DNA of 64,000 nt from Eubacteriales bacterium (GCA_045577925.1 JAZNJH010000008.1:15973-79972); one strand, 5' to 3'. Shown: positions 1 through 9,281, counted from the first letter of the stretch. Notes: generated from the letters alone by a model not told the origin. A program made the numbers and translations.

Positions 1-32
1 ACGAAGTAAAGAAAGCGTATCTCGGTGGATAA
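1..32 (+). CDS. 3' terminal fragment of an upstream CDS (C-terminus ...EVKKAYLGG, reminiscent of ABC-type ATPase tails)
   Basis: Frame open from the window edge to TAA at 30-32, followed by a terminator at 82-114. Only 10 codons are visible, so the product is a guess. Confidence 0.2.
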   Translation, partial: EVKKAYLGG

Positions 33-81
33 AAAAATAAAGCCGCTTTTGGCACACCTGCTAAAAGCAATATTTAAAAAA

Positions 82-114
82 AAGACATAGCTATTGTTTG
101 GCTATGTCTTTTTC
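82..114 (+). terminator. Rho-independent terminator
   Basis: Stem aagacatagc (82-91) pairs with gctatgtctt (101-110), followed by a T-run. Confidence 0.6.
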
Positions 115-229
115 TTAGAAATTTTCTATGATTAGTAGAATTAAGTCTATGTTGCAGTTATTGATTCGGAATCAAAAGTACTTTATAATATATATAGACG
201 CGTCGGAACAATTAAATTTGGAGGTTACT

Positions 230-1018
230 ATGATGGAATTGATGATCGGCAACAAACTTAAAGAATTGCGCCGTAGCAGAGATTTGACTCAAGAAGAGGT
301 CGCAGCTCACCTCGGGATTTCTTTTCAAGCAATCAGCAAATGGGAGCGAGGTGACGGATATCCGGATATCACCATTCTACCGTCATTGGCAAATTATTTT
401 GAAGTATCCATTGACGAATTGATTGGAATGGATGAAATTTCTTCTGCCAACAAACTTAATGAGATTAATCAGAAATGGCAGGAAAACAGAGCATTTGGAA
501 AACATAAAGAAAACGTAGAGCTTATGCGAAGTGCGCTGAAAACTTACCCTAACAATGCACTTTTGTTAATCCAGCTATCTGCATCTCTTGAACGACTCGA
601 CGGAACAGAAAAAGAAATGAGGGAGTTATTAAAAGAGTCTATTCTGATTCAAGAGCAGATTTTGCAATATTGCAATGATTCAGAAGTGAGGGGTGCAGCA
701 CTTTTCAACATATCCGATGCATATTACAGATATGGGGATTATGAGAAAGCGGTAGAATACGCCGACAAGTTACCGAATTTGTATAAGACAAGAGAAACTG
801 CAATGGTGCGCATTTTAAAAGACGATGCGGAAAAGAACAAGATTGCAAGGTCTGCTATAGAGGCGTTGGCATGGCTGTTATCATACCATATGACGGCACT
901 TTCAGATACTGAAAACGATAATCTGTATAAAGAAAAGATCATAAAAATATTAGATGTTCTTTTTGAAGGTAATGAGAGTGATTTTATTATCGAAATTCGC
1001 AAGAGAGCAACCCAATAA
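230..1018 (+). CDS. XRE-family HTH transcriptional regulator with C-terminal TPR-like helical repeat domain
   Basis: N-terminus LKELRRSRDLTQEEVAAHLGISFQAISKWERGDGYPDITILPSLANYFEVSIDELIG is a canonical Cro/C1 HTH. About 190 aa of helical repeats follow. ATG at 230 is preceded by GGAGG at 222-226; the ORF-track start at 128 has no RBS. Confidence 0.8.
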   Translation: MMELMIGNKLKELRRSRDLTQEEVAAHLGISFQAISKWERGDGYPDITILPSLANYFEVSIDELIGMDEISSANKLNEINQKWQENRAFGKHKENVELMRSALKTYPNNALLLIQLSASLERLDGTEKEMRELLKESILIQEQILQYCNDSEVRGAALFNISDAYYRYGDYEKAVEYADKLPNLYKTRETAMVRILKDDAEKNKIARSAIEALAWLLSYHMTALSDTENDNLYKEKIIKILDVLFEGNESDFIIEIRKRATQ

Positions 1019-1135
1019 TTATCGCCCCGCTTCGAGTGTGGCACAAAAGTCTTCTTCCACAGTGGAAGATTATTATATTGCCATAGAGTGAGTACACCTG
1101 CAGGGTGTAACAAGCTAAATGTAGGCTAATCGTTA

Positions 1136-1168
1136 AAAAGGACAGATACGAAAAGTCTCTGTCCTTTT
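1136..1168. terminator. Bidirectional terminator between the convergent regulator gene and yebC
   Basis: aaaa-ggacaga (1140-1146) / tctgtcc (1158-1164)-tttt; A-run upstream and T-run downstream. Confidence 0.6.
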
Positions 1169-1175
1169 GTTATAG

Positions 1176-1213
1176 GGGCGTTCTGCGAACGCCCACGAGC
1201 GAACACAGTTCGC
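1176..1213. repeat. Two adjacent short GC-rich hairpins sharing a GCGAAC core
   Basis: gggcgtt-ctgcg-aacgccc (1176-1194) and gcgaac-aca-gttcgc (1199-1213). GCGAAC occurs at 1185 and 1199. Confidence 0.4.
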
Positions 1214-1273
1214 ACCTACTATGGTATGTTAGACCAGCTTTTTGGAAAGTATTCCTTAAGCGGATTTTGTTTT

Positions 1274-2005
1274 TTACTCATCAGCGTTTTCCCAGTTGTG
1301 GAAAACGTTCTGTACGTCTTCATTGTCGTCAAGATGCTCGAGCAGAAGATTCATATACTTGATGTCCTCTTCGGACTCAAGCGTTACGTACGTTGCAGGA
1401 ACCTTGTCCTTTTCAGCAGACTCAATAGCGTAGCCGAGACCTTCAAGTGCCTCTCTTACAGCAGAGAGATCGTTTGCTTCAGTTGTTATCTGGTAGAGCT
1501 CTTCTTCCACGATAAAATCGCTTGCACCTGCCTCAAGAGCATCTTCCATAAGCTTATCCTCGTCAACCTTGTCATCCTTTAATATAATGATAACGCCGCA
1601 CTCGGAAAAGAGGAAGCTTACGCATCCGCTCGTACCGAGATTACCGTGAAATTTGTCAAAGTAGTGACGCACTTCGGAAGCAGTACGGTTTCTGTTGTCG
1701 GTAGTCGTTTCAACGATAACTGCAACGCCTGCAGGACCGTAGCCCTCATAGGTGATCTCCTCGTAGTTTACATTTTCAGTACCGAGCGCCTTCTTGATAG
1801 TACGTTCAATGTTGTCGTTAGGTACGTTGTTGCTCTTAGCCTTTGAAATAAGATCGCGAAGCTTGGAGTTGGTATTCGGGTCTCCGCCGCCTTCCTTGAC
1901 CGCGATCATAATTTCCTTACCTATCTTTGTAAAGATCTTCGCCTTCTGAGCGTCGGTCTTTTCTTTTTTATGCATTATATTTTTCCATTTGCTATGTCCT
2001 GACAT
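1274..2005 (-). CDS. yebC: YebC/PmpR family DNA-binding transcriptional regulator
   Basis: Hallmark N-terminus MSGHSKWKNIMHKKEKTDAQKAKIFTKIGKEI; 243 aa, typical length. Confidence 0.9.
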   Translation of the reverse strand: MSGHSKWKNIMHKKEKTDAQKAKIFTKIGKEIMIAVKEGGGDPNTNSKLRDLISKAKSNNVPNDNIERTIKKALGTENVNYEEITYEGYGPAGVAVIVETTTDNRNRTASEVRHYFDKFHGNLGTSGCVSFLFSECGVIIILKDDKVDEDKLMEDALEAGASDFIVEEELYQITTEANDLSAVREALEGLGYAIESAEKDKVPATYVTLESEEDIKYMNLLLEHLDDNEDVQNVFHNWENADE

Positions 2006-2024
2006 TTTTATATTCTCCTTTAAA

Positions 2025-3728
2025 TTAAATCTTTTCGGTTGGTTTTATGCAGATAAGCGTAAAGGCTGTTTTAAGCACGTGATTTACTGCATTTGTAAGA
2101 TATACTCTCGTGTTCTTTACATTCTCATCATCAGCATTAAGTATCTGGCACGAGTGATAGAAGCGGTTAAACGCATTACATACGTCAAGTATATAACGTG
2201 TTATTACCATAGGCTCGTAGTCACCGAGAGCAGAGAGGATCTTTTCGGGGTATCTTGCAAGCACCTTTACAAGCTCGCGCTCTGTGTCGTCGGTAAATTC
2301 ACCGGCAGAGCCTTCAGAGTCAGCTTTGTTAAGTATTGAGCACGTACGTGCATACGTGTACTGCGAATAAGGACCCGTGTTACCCTCAAAAGAGAGCGCG
2401 TCCTCTAAAACGAAGTTTATGTCCTTGATACGGCTGTTCGAGAGATAGTGGAATACGATAGCGCCAACACCAACAGCCTCCGCAACCTCGTCAGAATTTT
2501 CAAGATCGGGGTTCTTTTCCTTGATAATACCGCGTACCTTGTCGATAGACAATGCAAAAAGGTCTTTTAAGAGTATTACGTTACCCGTACGTGTTGCAAG
2601 CTTTTCGCCGTTTATCGAAACCGTACCGTAAGGTACGTGTACAAGATCTTTTGCCCACTCATAGCCCATAAGCTCAACGACCTTGAACCACTGAGCAAAG
2701 TGCAAGCTCTGACCTGCGGACGTTACGTAGATGCACTTGTCAAAGTTGTAATTGTCTTTTCTGTATTTTGCCGCTGAAATATCACGTGTGGGATAGAGTG
2801 TTGATCCGTCGCGCTTGAGTATCAGACAAGGCGGCATGTTGAACTCTTCAAGATTAACAATAGATGCGCCGTCATCAAGTGTCATAAGCTTCTTCTCGCG
2901 TAATTCTTCAACGATTGCCGGCATCTTGTCAGAGTAGAAGCTTTCGCCGTTGTAGCTGTCAAACTCAATACCAAGTTGTTTGTATGTCTTGCTGTATTCG
3001 GCAAGGCTTATCTCAATAAACCATTTCCATAACTTTATGTTTTCATCGTCAAAATGTTCAAGTTTAGTAAACTCCTCACGTGCTCTGTCATTAAGGGAAG
3101 AGTCCTTTTCAGCCTCTTCGTGAAATTTAACGTAAAGAGCAACAAGCTCGTCAATACCGCCGCGCTCAATTGTTTCGCGGTCACCCCATAGCCTGTAAGC
3201 AACGATAAGCTTACCAAACTGTGTACCCCAGTCGCCGAGGTGGTTTATACCGATACAGTGATATCCGGCAAATTCGTGAAGCATCTTGAGAGAGTGACCA
3301 ATAACAGTCGTACCAAGATGGCCGATGTGGAATGGCTTTGCAACGTTCGGGGAAGAATAGTCGAGAACAACGGTCTTTCCTTTACCGAAATCAAAGCGAC
3401 CATATGATTCGCCAAGCGTGTTTATTTCACAAAGTCTTTCAGCAAGATAAGAATCTGAAATAAACATGTTAAGATAGCCGCCTGCGATATCTGTTTTTGC
3501 GATCTCAGGTATCTCAACACAGTCGGCAAGCATAGCCGCAATCTGAGGCGGAGCAGCTCTGAGCGCTTTGCTTAACTTAAAGCAGGGAAACGCAAGGTCG
3601 CCCATCGCACGGTCCGGCGGATACTCAAACATCTGTGAAATAGAGTCAATATTAAGCCCGTGTGTAGCATTTTTTTCATCAAGCCGCGCGAGTATCGCTT
3701 CGGCAAGCTTGTTTTTTAATTTAAGCAT
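2025..3728 (-). CDS. argS: Arginine--tRNA ligase
   Basis: 567 aa class I aaRS with HIGH motif in SSPNVAKPFHIGHLGTTVIGH; ArgRS-type N-terminal and anticodon-binding regions. Confidence 0.9.
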   Translation of the reverse strand: MLKLKNKLAEAILARLDEKNATHGLNIDSISQMFEYPPDRAMGDLAFPCFKLSKALRAAPPQIAAMLADCVEIPEIAKTDIAGGYLNMFISDSYLAERLCEINTLGESYGRFDFGKGKTVVLDYSSPNVAKPFHIGHLGTTVIGHSLKMLHEFAGYHCIGINHLGDWGTQFGKLIVAYRLWGDRETIERGGIDELVALYVKFHEEAEKDSSLNDRAREEFTKLEHFDDENIKLWKWFIEISLAEYSKTYKQLGIEFDSYNGESFYSDKMPAIVEELREKKLMTLDDGASIVNLEEFNMPPCLILKRDGSTLYPTRDISAAKYRKDNYNFDKCIYVTSAGQSLHFAQWFKVVELMGYEWAKDLVHVPYGTVSINGEKLATRTGNVILLKDLFALSIDKVRGIIKEKNPDLENSDEVAEAVGVGAIVFHYLSNSRIKDINFVLEDALSFEGNTGPYSQYTYARTCSILNKADSEGSAGEFTDDTERELVKVLARYPEKILSALGDYEPMVITRYILDVCNAFNRFYHSCQILNADDENVKNTRVYLTNAVNHVLKTAFTLICIKPTEKI

Positions 3729-3763
3729 ATATAGTCCTTTCTTTTATAAATATGTCAAATAGA

Positions 3764-5236
3764 TCACTTTGCACTTTTCGCCAAAAGAGCGGCTTCTTCG
3801 AGAACAATGGCGCGCTCATCGAAAAAAACGTGTTTGCCTTCTATGAGTTGATATCTTTCATGCCCTTTTCCGGCAAGTATTATAACGTCGCCAACACACG
3901 CATTTCTTATAACGTATCTTATAGCTTCAGCGCGGTCAGCGATAGTAACGTATGGGGTAGAGCTTCCGATAAAGCTTTGTTCAATATCGGCAATAATCCT
4001 ATTCGGATCCTCAAAATCAGGGTTGTCACTTGTAATAACACAAAAATCAGCGCTTTTTGCGCATACGTCGCCAAGCTCCTTTCGCCTGAGCTCTGTTCTC
4101 GAACCAACAGAACCGAAAAGCACGACAAGCCTGCGTGGAGAGTATCTTCTGACAGTGTCAAGCAGATTCTGCATTGCAAAGCCGTTGTGAGCATAGTCGA
4201 TTATAACAACTGCGTTTTCAAGTGCATCGATTATCTCGAATCTTCCGTCAACGGTTGATTTTTTCAGCGCGGATGAAATTATATCATCATGTATTCCAAA
4301 ACGCTTTGCACAGGCGATTGCTGCAAGAGCATTGTATACGTTGAATTTTCCCGGCATTTTTAGAGTTATCGGTATGACTCCCATAGCACATAGCGCTTCA
4401 AAGCTTATACCAAGGCAAGTGTCAGTCTTGTATTCTTTTATAAGGCCTGCAGTATAGTCTGCATGAGTATCAAGCGCATAGGTCAGCGAAGTGCATTTCG
4501 AATTTTTTCTTATGTCAGTATAGTGCTTGTCATCAGCATTGAATATACCGCATCTGCAGTTTTCAAAAAGCTTTGCCTTGCACTCAAGATAATTTTGAAA
4601 ATCGGGGTGCTCACCGTCGCCAATATGATCTTTTGCAAGATTTGTAAAGACACCTATATCAAAAGTTATTGAGTCAACACGGTGAGTAAGATAAGCCTGC
4701 GAGGAAACCTCTATTACACATACGTCAACGTTTGATCTGACCATTTTGTCAAAAGCCTTAAATAATTCAAAACTCTCGGGGGTAGTGTTTACAGTAGGCG
4801 TATGCTCGCCGTTTATATAAATGCCATTAGTGCCGATCGTGGCAGTATTGTATCCGCCCTCGGTCAGTATATCGCGCGTGAGCTTTGTAACGGTGGTCTT
4901 TCCCTTGGTTCCGGTTATACCGATAAGCTTTAGTCGCCTTTCGGGATGATAGAAGAACTCTGAGGATAAAAGGGGAAGCGCCGCGCGCGTATCTTCAACT
5001 ATAACGGTTAAACTGTCATTTGGCAGCTTTAATTCACGCTGTGCTAAAAACACACGGCAACCGCGCTCGTAAGCGCTTTTGGCATAGTCGTGTCCGTCAA
5101 CAACGTGCCCTTTTAGGCAGACGAACAAGCATCCCTCATAAGCCTTTCGCGAGTCATATACGATATCACATATTTCATAGTCGTTTTCCGGCATGTTTGC
5201 GTTGCCAAGTGCGGATAACAGTTGAGTCAGAAGCAT
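3764..5236 (-). CDS. murE: UDP-N-acetylmuramoyl-L-alanyl-D-glutamate--diamino acid ligase (MurE), probably not meso-DAP specific
   Basis: Mur ligase P-loop GITGTKGKTT. 490 aa. C-terminal specificity motif reads DNPD (4016-4027) where DAP-adding enzymes have DNPR. Confidence 0.9.
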   Translation of the reverse strand: MLLTQLLSALGNANMPENDYEICDIVYDSRKAYEGCLFVCLKGHVVDGHDYAKSAYERGCRVFLAQRELKLPNDSLTVIVEDTRAALPLLSSEFFYHPERRLKLIGITGTKGKTTVTKLTRDILTEGGYNTATIGTNGIYINGEHTPTVNTTPESFELFKAFDKMVRSNVDVCVIEVSSQAYLTHRVDSITFDIGVFTNLAKDHIGDGEHPDFQNYLECKAKLFENCRCGIFNADDKHYTDIRKNSKCTSLTYALDTHADYTAGLIKEYKTDTCLGISFEALCAMGVIPITLKMPGKFNVYNALAAIACAKRFGIHDDIISSALKKSTVDGRFEIIDALENAVVIIDYAHNGFAMQNLLDTVRRYSPRRLVVLFGSVGSRTELRRKELGDVCAKSADFCVITSDNPDFEDPNRIIADIEQSFIGSSTPYVTIADRAEAIRYVIRNACVGDVIILAGKGHERYQLIEGKHVFFDERAIVLEEAALLAKSAK

Positions 5237-5263
5237 AATTACTCCGTGCCTGATATGGCAAAA

Positions 5264-5989
5264 TTATATTTGTTTGCGGCAAGCCTTGCCGCATTCGGTA
5301 ACAGTTTTTATTGCTAAAACCTCGAGCGAGTCAACGTAGAACTCGTCATTGGCTATAATATCAAAATTTTTCTTTATCAGAGCAAGCTCTGTACAACCGA
5401 GTATAACACGGCTGCAGCCAAGCTCCTTCATTTTTGAAGCAATATTTATAAACTTATCAATATCAGGATCCTTGCCGCGCTTGATGTCGTCAAATATTAT
5501 CGAAGTGATAATATCCTGATCCTCTTTGTCCGGGGTAACGATCTCAACCTTGCCGATACCGTAGGACCTGTAAGTTCCTGACTTGCACGTACCCTCAGTT
5601 GCAAATAGAGCCGCACGTGTAACGCCTGTATCATACAGATGATTGATAGTCTCAGTAATAATATTTAAAACTGGTATGTTTACGTTTTGAGATATACCGT
5701 CATAAAAATAATGAGCAGTATTGCAGGGAATAGCTATAAGCTTTGCGCCGTACGCCTCAAGCTTTTTAGCTTCATCTATCATATCGGGCAGAGGATTATC
5801 ATCGCTTTGCCCAAGAATATAAGCCGAACGGTCGGGAGTTGAAACACGGCTGGATATAACCATATCAATATGCTCCTGATCGCACTCTGCAACAGTGAGC
5901 GCCGTTAGTAATTCATAGAAATAAGCTGTTGCCATCGGCCCAAGTCCGCCAAGTATTCCGAGAAGCTTGGAACTTTTGTTTTTATCCAT
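5264..5989 (-). CDS. Aspartate racemase family protein
   Basis: N-terminal GILGGLGPMAT plus both catalytic Cys motifs, IPCNTAHYF and ILGCTELAL. 241 aa is typical of Asp racemases and shorter than MurI. Confidence 0.85.
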   Translation of the reverse strand: MDKNKSSKLLGILGGLGPMATAYFYELLTALTVAECDQEHIDMVISSRVSTPDRSAYILGQSDDNPLPDMIDEAKKLEAYGAKLIAIPCNTAHYFYDGISQNVNIPVLNIITETINHLYDTGVTRAALFATEGTCKSGTYRSYGIGKVEIVTPDKEDQDIITSIIFDDIKRGKDPDIDKFINIASKMKELGCSRVILGCTELALIKKNFDIIANDEFYVDSLEVLAIKTVTECGKACRKQI

Positions 5990-6002
5990 TTAAACAAATC
6001 CT

Positions 6003-7226
6003 TTATCTGTATTTTCTGAATTTCTTAAAATGATTGAAAGTATACGCAAGAGCATAGAAAAGTCTCTTTGGATTGTTCTTCAGATCATATTTGTAGAAAT
6101 ATGAAGAAAACTCACGCTTTGAGCGCACGAGGTTATGAATTCGCTTTTTTATTTCAGGGTGCTCGGTCAAGTACGAGTATATGATTTTCTTAGGAACAAT
6201 ATGCCAGAAAGCTTCTTTTCCGTACTTTATATCAGAAAGACCGTTCCCAATGCAATCTTCAACTATGAGCTTTGCAATATTACATCCTGAAGCCGTAACG
6301 TAATAATTACTTCTGCCTTGCCTGAGATTTATCTCAAAAGCACGGTATGTGTTATCGCGCTCATCATATTTTATATCAAAGTTGGCAAATCCGCGGTATC
6401 CGATATCTTCAAGATATGTCTTGAAATTTGCACACAGCTCTTCATTATCTTCGGTGAGTATAGCCGCATGATTTCCGATAGCCTTGGGCGTGTGCTCTTC
6501 CAAAAGAACGTGACCGAGACACATCATTTTCACCTTTGAATCCTTGTCGCAATATGCTGTAAGAACTCTCATGCATGAATCAGTACCCGGAATAGTGTCC
6601 TGCAGTATTATCTCGTCCGGATAACCTGAAGCAAAGATTTCATCAATTATCTTTTCAGCTTCAAGCGGAGTTTTAGCAGAGTAAACTTTTTTCATACCTT
6701 CAAAAGGATATTTCCAATAAAGAATACTGCTTGACGGCTTTATAATAATAGGATAATCAAAAGAGAGGTTTTCAAGAATAGCCTTGTCGTAATCGCTTGC
6801 GATTATCGCAGTTTTCGGATATAGTATTCCCGATTTGTCACATTCCTTGTAAAAATCAGCCTTGCTTTGAAGCTTTTGCCATAATTTTTCTTCGATATAC
6901 GGCATTATATATTTTTCTTTAAGCGAAGATTTGTTCTTTATAATAAGACCGGCATAATCGTCGGTGCAGCCGATAAGTATAAGCTTTTTATCTGTGTGAG
7001 ATTTGGCAAAATCAAGCAGAGTTTTAACAAACACTTCGGGCTCATCAAAATCAGCAACAGTTGTGAATCTGACAATTCTTGAGTGCTTTGTACAACCTAT
7101 CTCATATCTGCCAAATGCATATGCAACAGTCCCATAAGCCTCGTGAAAAGCACGGGCAACGTTGTAGCAGTTTAAGTCAGCACCTGCAATAACAAGCTCA
7201 AAATCATTTTTTGTAATTTCAGACAT
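6003..7226 (-). CDS. ATP-grasp carboxylate-amine ligase, candidate D-aspartate ligase for the peptidoglycan cross-bridge
   Basis: ATP-grasp-like elements (IIIKPSSS, FEINLRQGRS). Start chosen at ATG 7226 (MSEITKND), which has AAGGA 8 nt upstream; the alternative ATG at 7253 has no RBS. Function inferred from the neighbouring genes. Confidence 0.7.
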   Translation of the reverse strand: MSEITKNDFELVIAGADLNCYNVARAFHEAYGTVAYAFGRYEIGCTKHSRIVRFTTVADFDEPEVFVKTLLDFAKSHTDKKLILIGCTDDYAGLIIKNKSSLKEKYIMPYIEEKLWQKLQSKADFYKECDKSGILYPKTAIIASDYDKAILENLSFDYPIIIKPSSSILYWKYPFEGMKKVYSAKTPLEAEKIIDEIFASGYPDEIILQDTIPGTDSCMRVLTAYCDKDSKVKMMCLGHVLLEEHTPKAIGNHAAILTEDNEELCANFKTYLEDIGYRGFANFDIKYDERDNTYRAFEINLRQGRSNYYVTASGCNIAKLIVEDCIGNGLSDIKYGKEAFWHIVPKKIIYSYLTEHPEIKKRIHNLVRSKREFSSYFYKYDLKNNPKRLFYALAYTFNHFKKFRKYR

Positions 7227-7256
7227 TTGAATTATCCTTTCTGCAAAAATCATAAT

Positions 7257-9119
7257 TTACGCTTTTTTGCAGTTAACCTTTTCATCAATAAAGAAACGTT
7301 TGTACCATACAAGGAAAGTAAATACTGTCCAGATCTTTCTGCCTCTGTCGTGAGCGCGCTCAGTGTTGTTCTTGTGCTCGTCAAGAATAGCTACAAGCTT
7401 GTCGGTGTTAAAGAAGATAGCAGCATATTCGCTTGTGAAATACTCTTTGACAATGCCATAATACTTGTCCTCTCTGAGCCAATAGCGGATCGGAACAGGG
7501 AAGCCTTTTTTCTCTCTGTCAGCCCATGCATCGGGAAGAGTTTTGTTGGCAGCTTTTCTGAGAACAAACTTCGTGTTCTCAGGCGTTATCTTGTACCTGG
7601 CAGGTATTTTTGATGCGTGAGCGAGTACCTCTTTATCAAGAAAAGGCACACGTAATTCAAGAGATGACGCCATGCTCATCTTGTCAGCCTTTAGTAGTAT
7701 ATCACCAACCAGCCATAAATTTAAATCAAGATATTGCTTTTTTGAAAGCTCGTCAAGATGGGAAACTCGCTTGTAAACGGGTGAAGTGATATCTTTTACA
7801 CTCTTGCCGAACTTGTACTTGTCACATAGAATATCAACCGCTTCTGTTTCATCAAACACATGAGCCTGACCGATAAAATAATCTTCAGGTCTGCCCGAAT
7901 TTTTAATGATGAAATCGTGACCCTTGAAATAGGGAAGAGCTTTTGCACATTTCGCCAAAGCCCTGCGCATACAGCCGGGAATATGCTTGTATTTACGAGC
8001 TAAAGCCCTTTCATTGTATTCTTCATATCCGGCATATATTTCATCAGCACCTTCGCCTGAAAGAACAACGGTAACGTGTTCACTTGCAAGCCTTGCAAGG
8101 AAATAAAGCGGAACTGATGAGGGGTTAGACTGCGGTTCATCCATATGGTACTGAATATCCGAAAAAGCATCAAAACATTCGTCTGCAGTAAGTAACCTCT
8201 TGTGATTTTCAATACCAAGCTTGTCTGAAAGCTCAGCGGCATAGTCGGTTTCATTAAATTTGTTAAAATCAAATCCAACAGAGAAAGTCTTGTTTGGCAT
8301 AAGAGCCGCAGTAATATAGCTTGAATCAACACCACCCGATAAAAACGAGCCAACCTTAACGTCGCTTATCGAGTGAGCACTGACAGACTCACGCACAATA
8401 TTGTCAACTTCATCCACATATTCTTCAAAGAATTTTTCTTCACTTGTAAAATTCGTATCTGCATATCTTTCAATAGTGAGCTTTCCGTTTGCGTAGGAGA
8501 AAGAATGAGCCTGAGGGAGCTTGTACACGCCCTTGAAAAAAGTCTCGGTGTCAGCAGAGTATTGGAAAGTCAGATACGGACGCAGAGCTTTTTCATTAAC
8601 ACTCATAACAAAATCCGGGTGTTCGAGAAAACTTTTAATCTCAGAGCCGAAAAGTAAATTTCCATCATCTAAAACCGTATAGTAGAAAGGCTTGATGCCA
8701 AACATATCGCGCGCACCGAAAAGGGATCTTGTTTCAATATCCCAAATAGCAAAAGCGTACATGCCGCGAAGGCGCTTAACAATGTCGCGACCGAAATGAC
8801 GGTAGCCCGCAAGCAATACCTCAGTATCGCTGGTTGTAGAAAAGGATGCACCGTAGTTTTCAAGCTCGCTTCTCAATTCTCTGAAATTGTAAATCTCGCC
8901 GTTGAAAACTATAACAGAATTGCCGTCAGCACTTACCATAGGCTGATTTGCATCAGGCCTGAGGTCAAGGATGGAAAGGCGCCGGAAACCGAGCGTAATA
9001 CCATCGCCCATATACGTGTTTCCCATGTCGGGTCCACGGTGAATGATTCGCTCATTCATTCTGTTTATAATTTCTTCACGGCTTTCAAGAAAGCCTGTAA
9101 AACCGGCAAATCCGCACAT
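7257..9119 (-). CDS. asnB: Asparagine synthase (glutamine-hydrolysing) family amidotransferase
   Basis: Ntn nucleophile MCGFAGF at the N-terminus and PP-loop FLSGGVDSSYI; 620 aa. Confidence 0.9.
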   Translation of the reverse strand: MCGFAGFTGFLESREEIINRMNERIIHRGPDMGNTYMGDGITLGFRRLSILDLRPDANQPMVSADGNSVIVFNGEIYNFRELRSELENYGASFSTTSDTEVLLAGYRHFGRDIVKRLRGMYAFAIWDIETRSLFGARDMFGIKPFYYTVLDDGNLLFGSEIKSFLEHPDFVMSVNEKALRPYLTFQYSADTETFFKGVYKLPQAHSFSYANGKLTIERYADTNFTSEEKFFEEYVDEVDNIVRESVSAHSISDVKVGSFLSGGVDSSYITAALMPNKTFSVGFDFNKFNETDYAAELSDKLGIENHKRLLTADECFDAFSDIQYHMDEPQSNPSSVPLYFLARLASEHVTVVLSGEGADEIYAGYEEYNERALARKYKHIPGCMRRALAKCAKALPYFKGHDFIIKNSGRPEDYFIGQAHVFDETEAVDILCDKYKFGKSVKDITSPVYKRVSHLDELSKKQYLDLNLWLVGDILLKADKMSMASSLELRVPFLDKEVLAHASKIPARYKITPENTKFVLRKAANKTLPDAWADREKKGFPVPIRYWLREDKYYGIVKEYFTSEYAAIFFNTDKLVAILDEHKNNTERAHDRGRKIWTVFTFLVWYKRFFIDEKVNCKKA

Positions 9120-9253
9120 TAGAGTAAAATCCTTTCAAGAATATGAGGGGGATAAAACCGCTATACCGGCGGACATAGTCCGCCGGCGCAGTTATTTATA
9201 TTTCTAAAATCAAGATAAAACATTTGACAAACCGTTATATTCAGCGTGTCCCT

Positions 9254-9281
9254 AAAGATACAAAGCAAGCTTTGTATCTTT
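9254..9281. repeat. Perfect 13-bp-arm palindrome in the GRE-asnB spacer
   Basis: aaagatacaaagc-aa-gctttgtatcttt. No T-run follows on the transcribed (minus) strand. Confidence 0.5.

Noticed and set aside
1036-1086. A 16-codon GTG-initiated frame (VWHKSLLPQWKIIILP) downstream of the HTH-TPR regulator, considered as a signalling peptide
   Set aside because: - It has no Shine-Dalgarno sequence.
- The start is GTG.
- It shows no export signal or processing motif.
- It overlaps a palindrome, so it is probably a chance frame.
3729-3763. T-box leaders upstream of argS and metG (the latter at 14022-14051)
   Set aside because: The intergenic spacers are only 30-35 nt, far too short for a T-box. These synthetase genes appear to be internal operon members.
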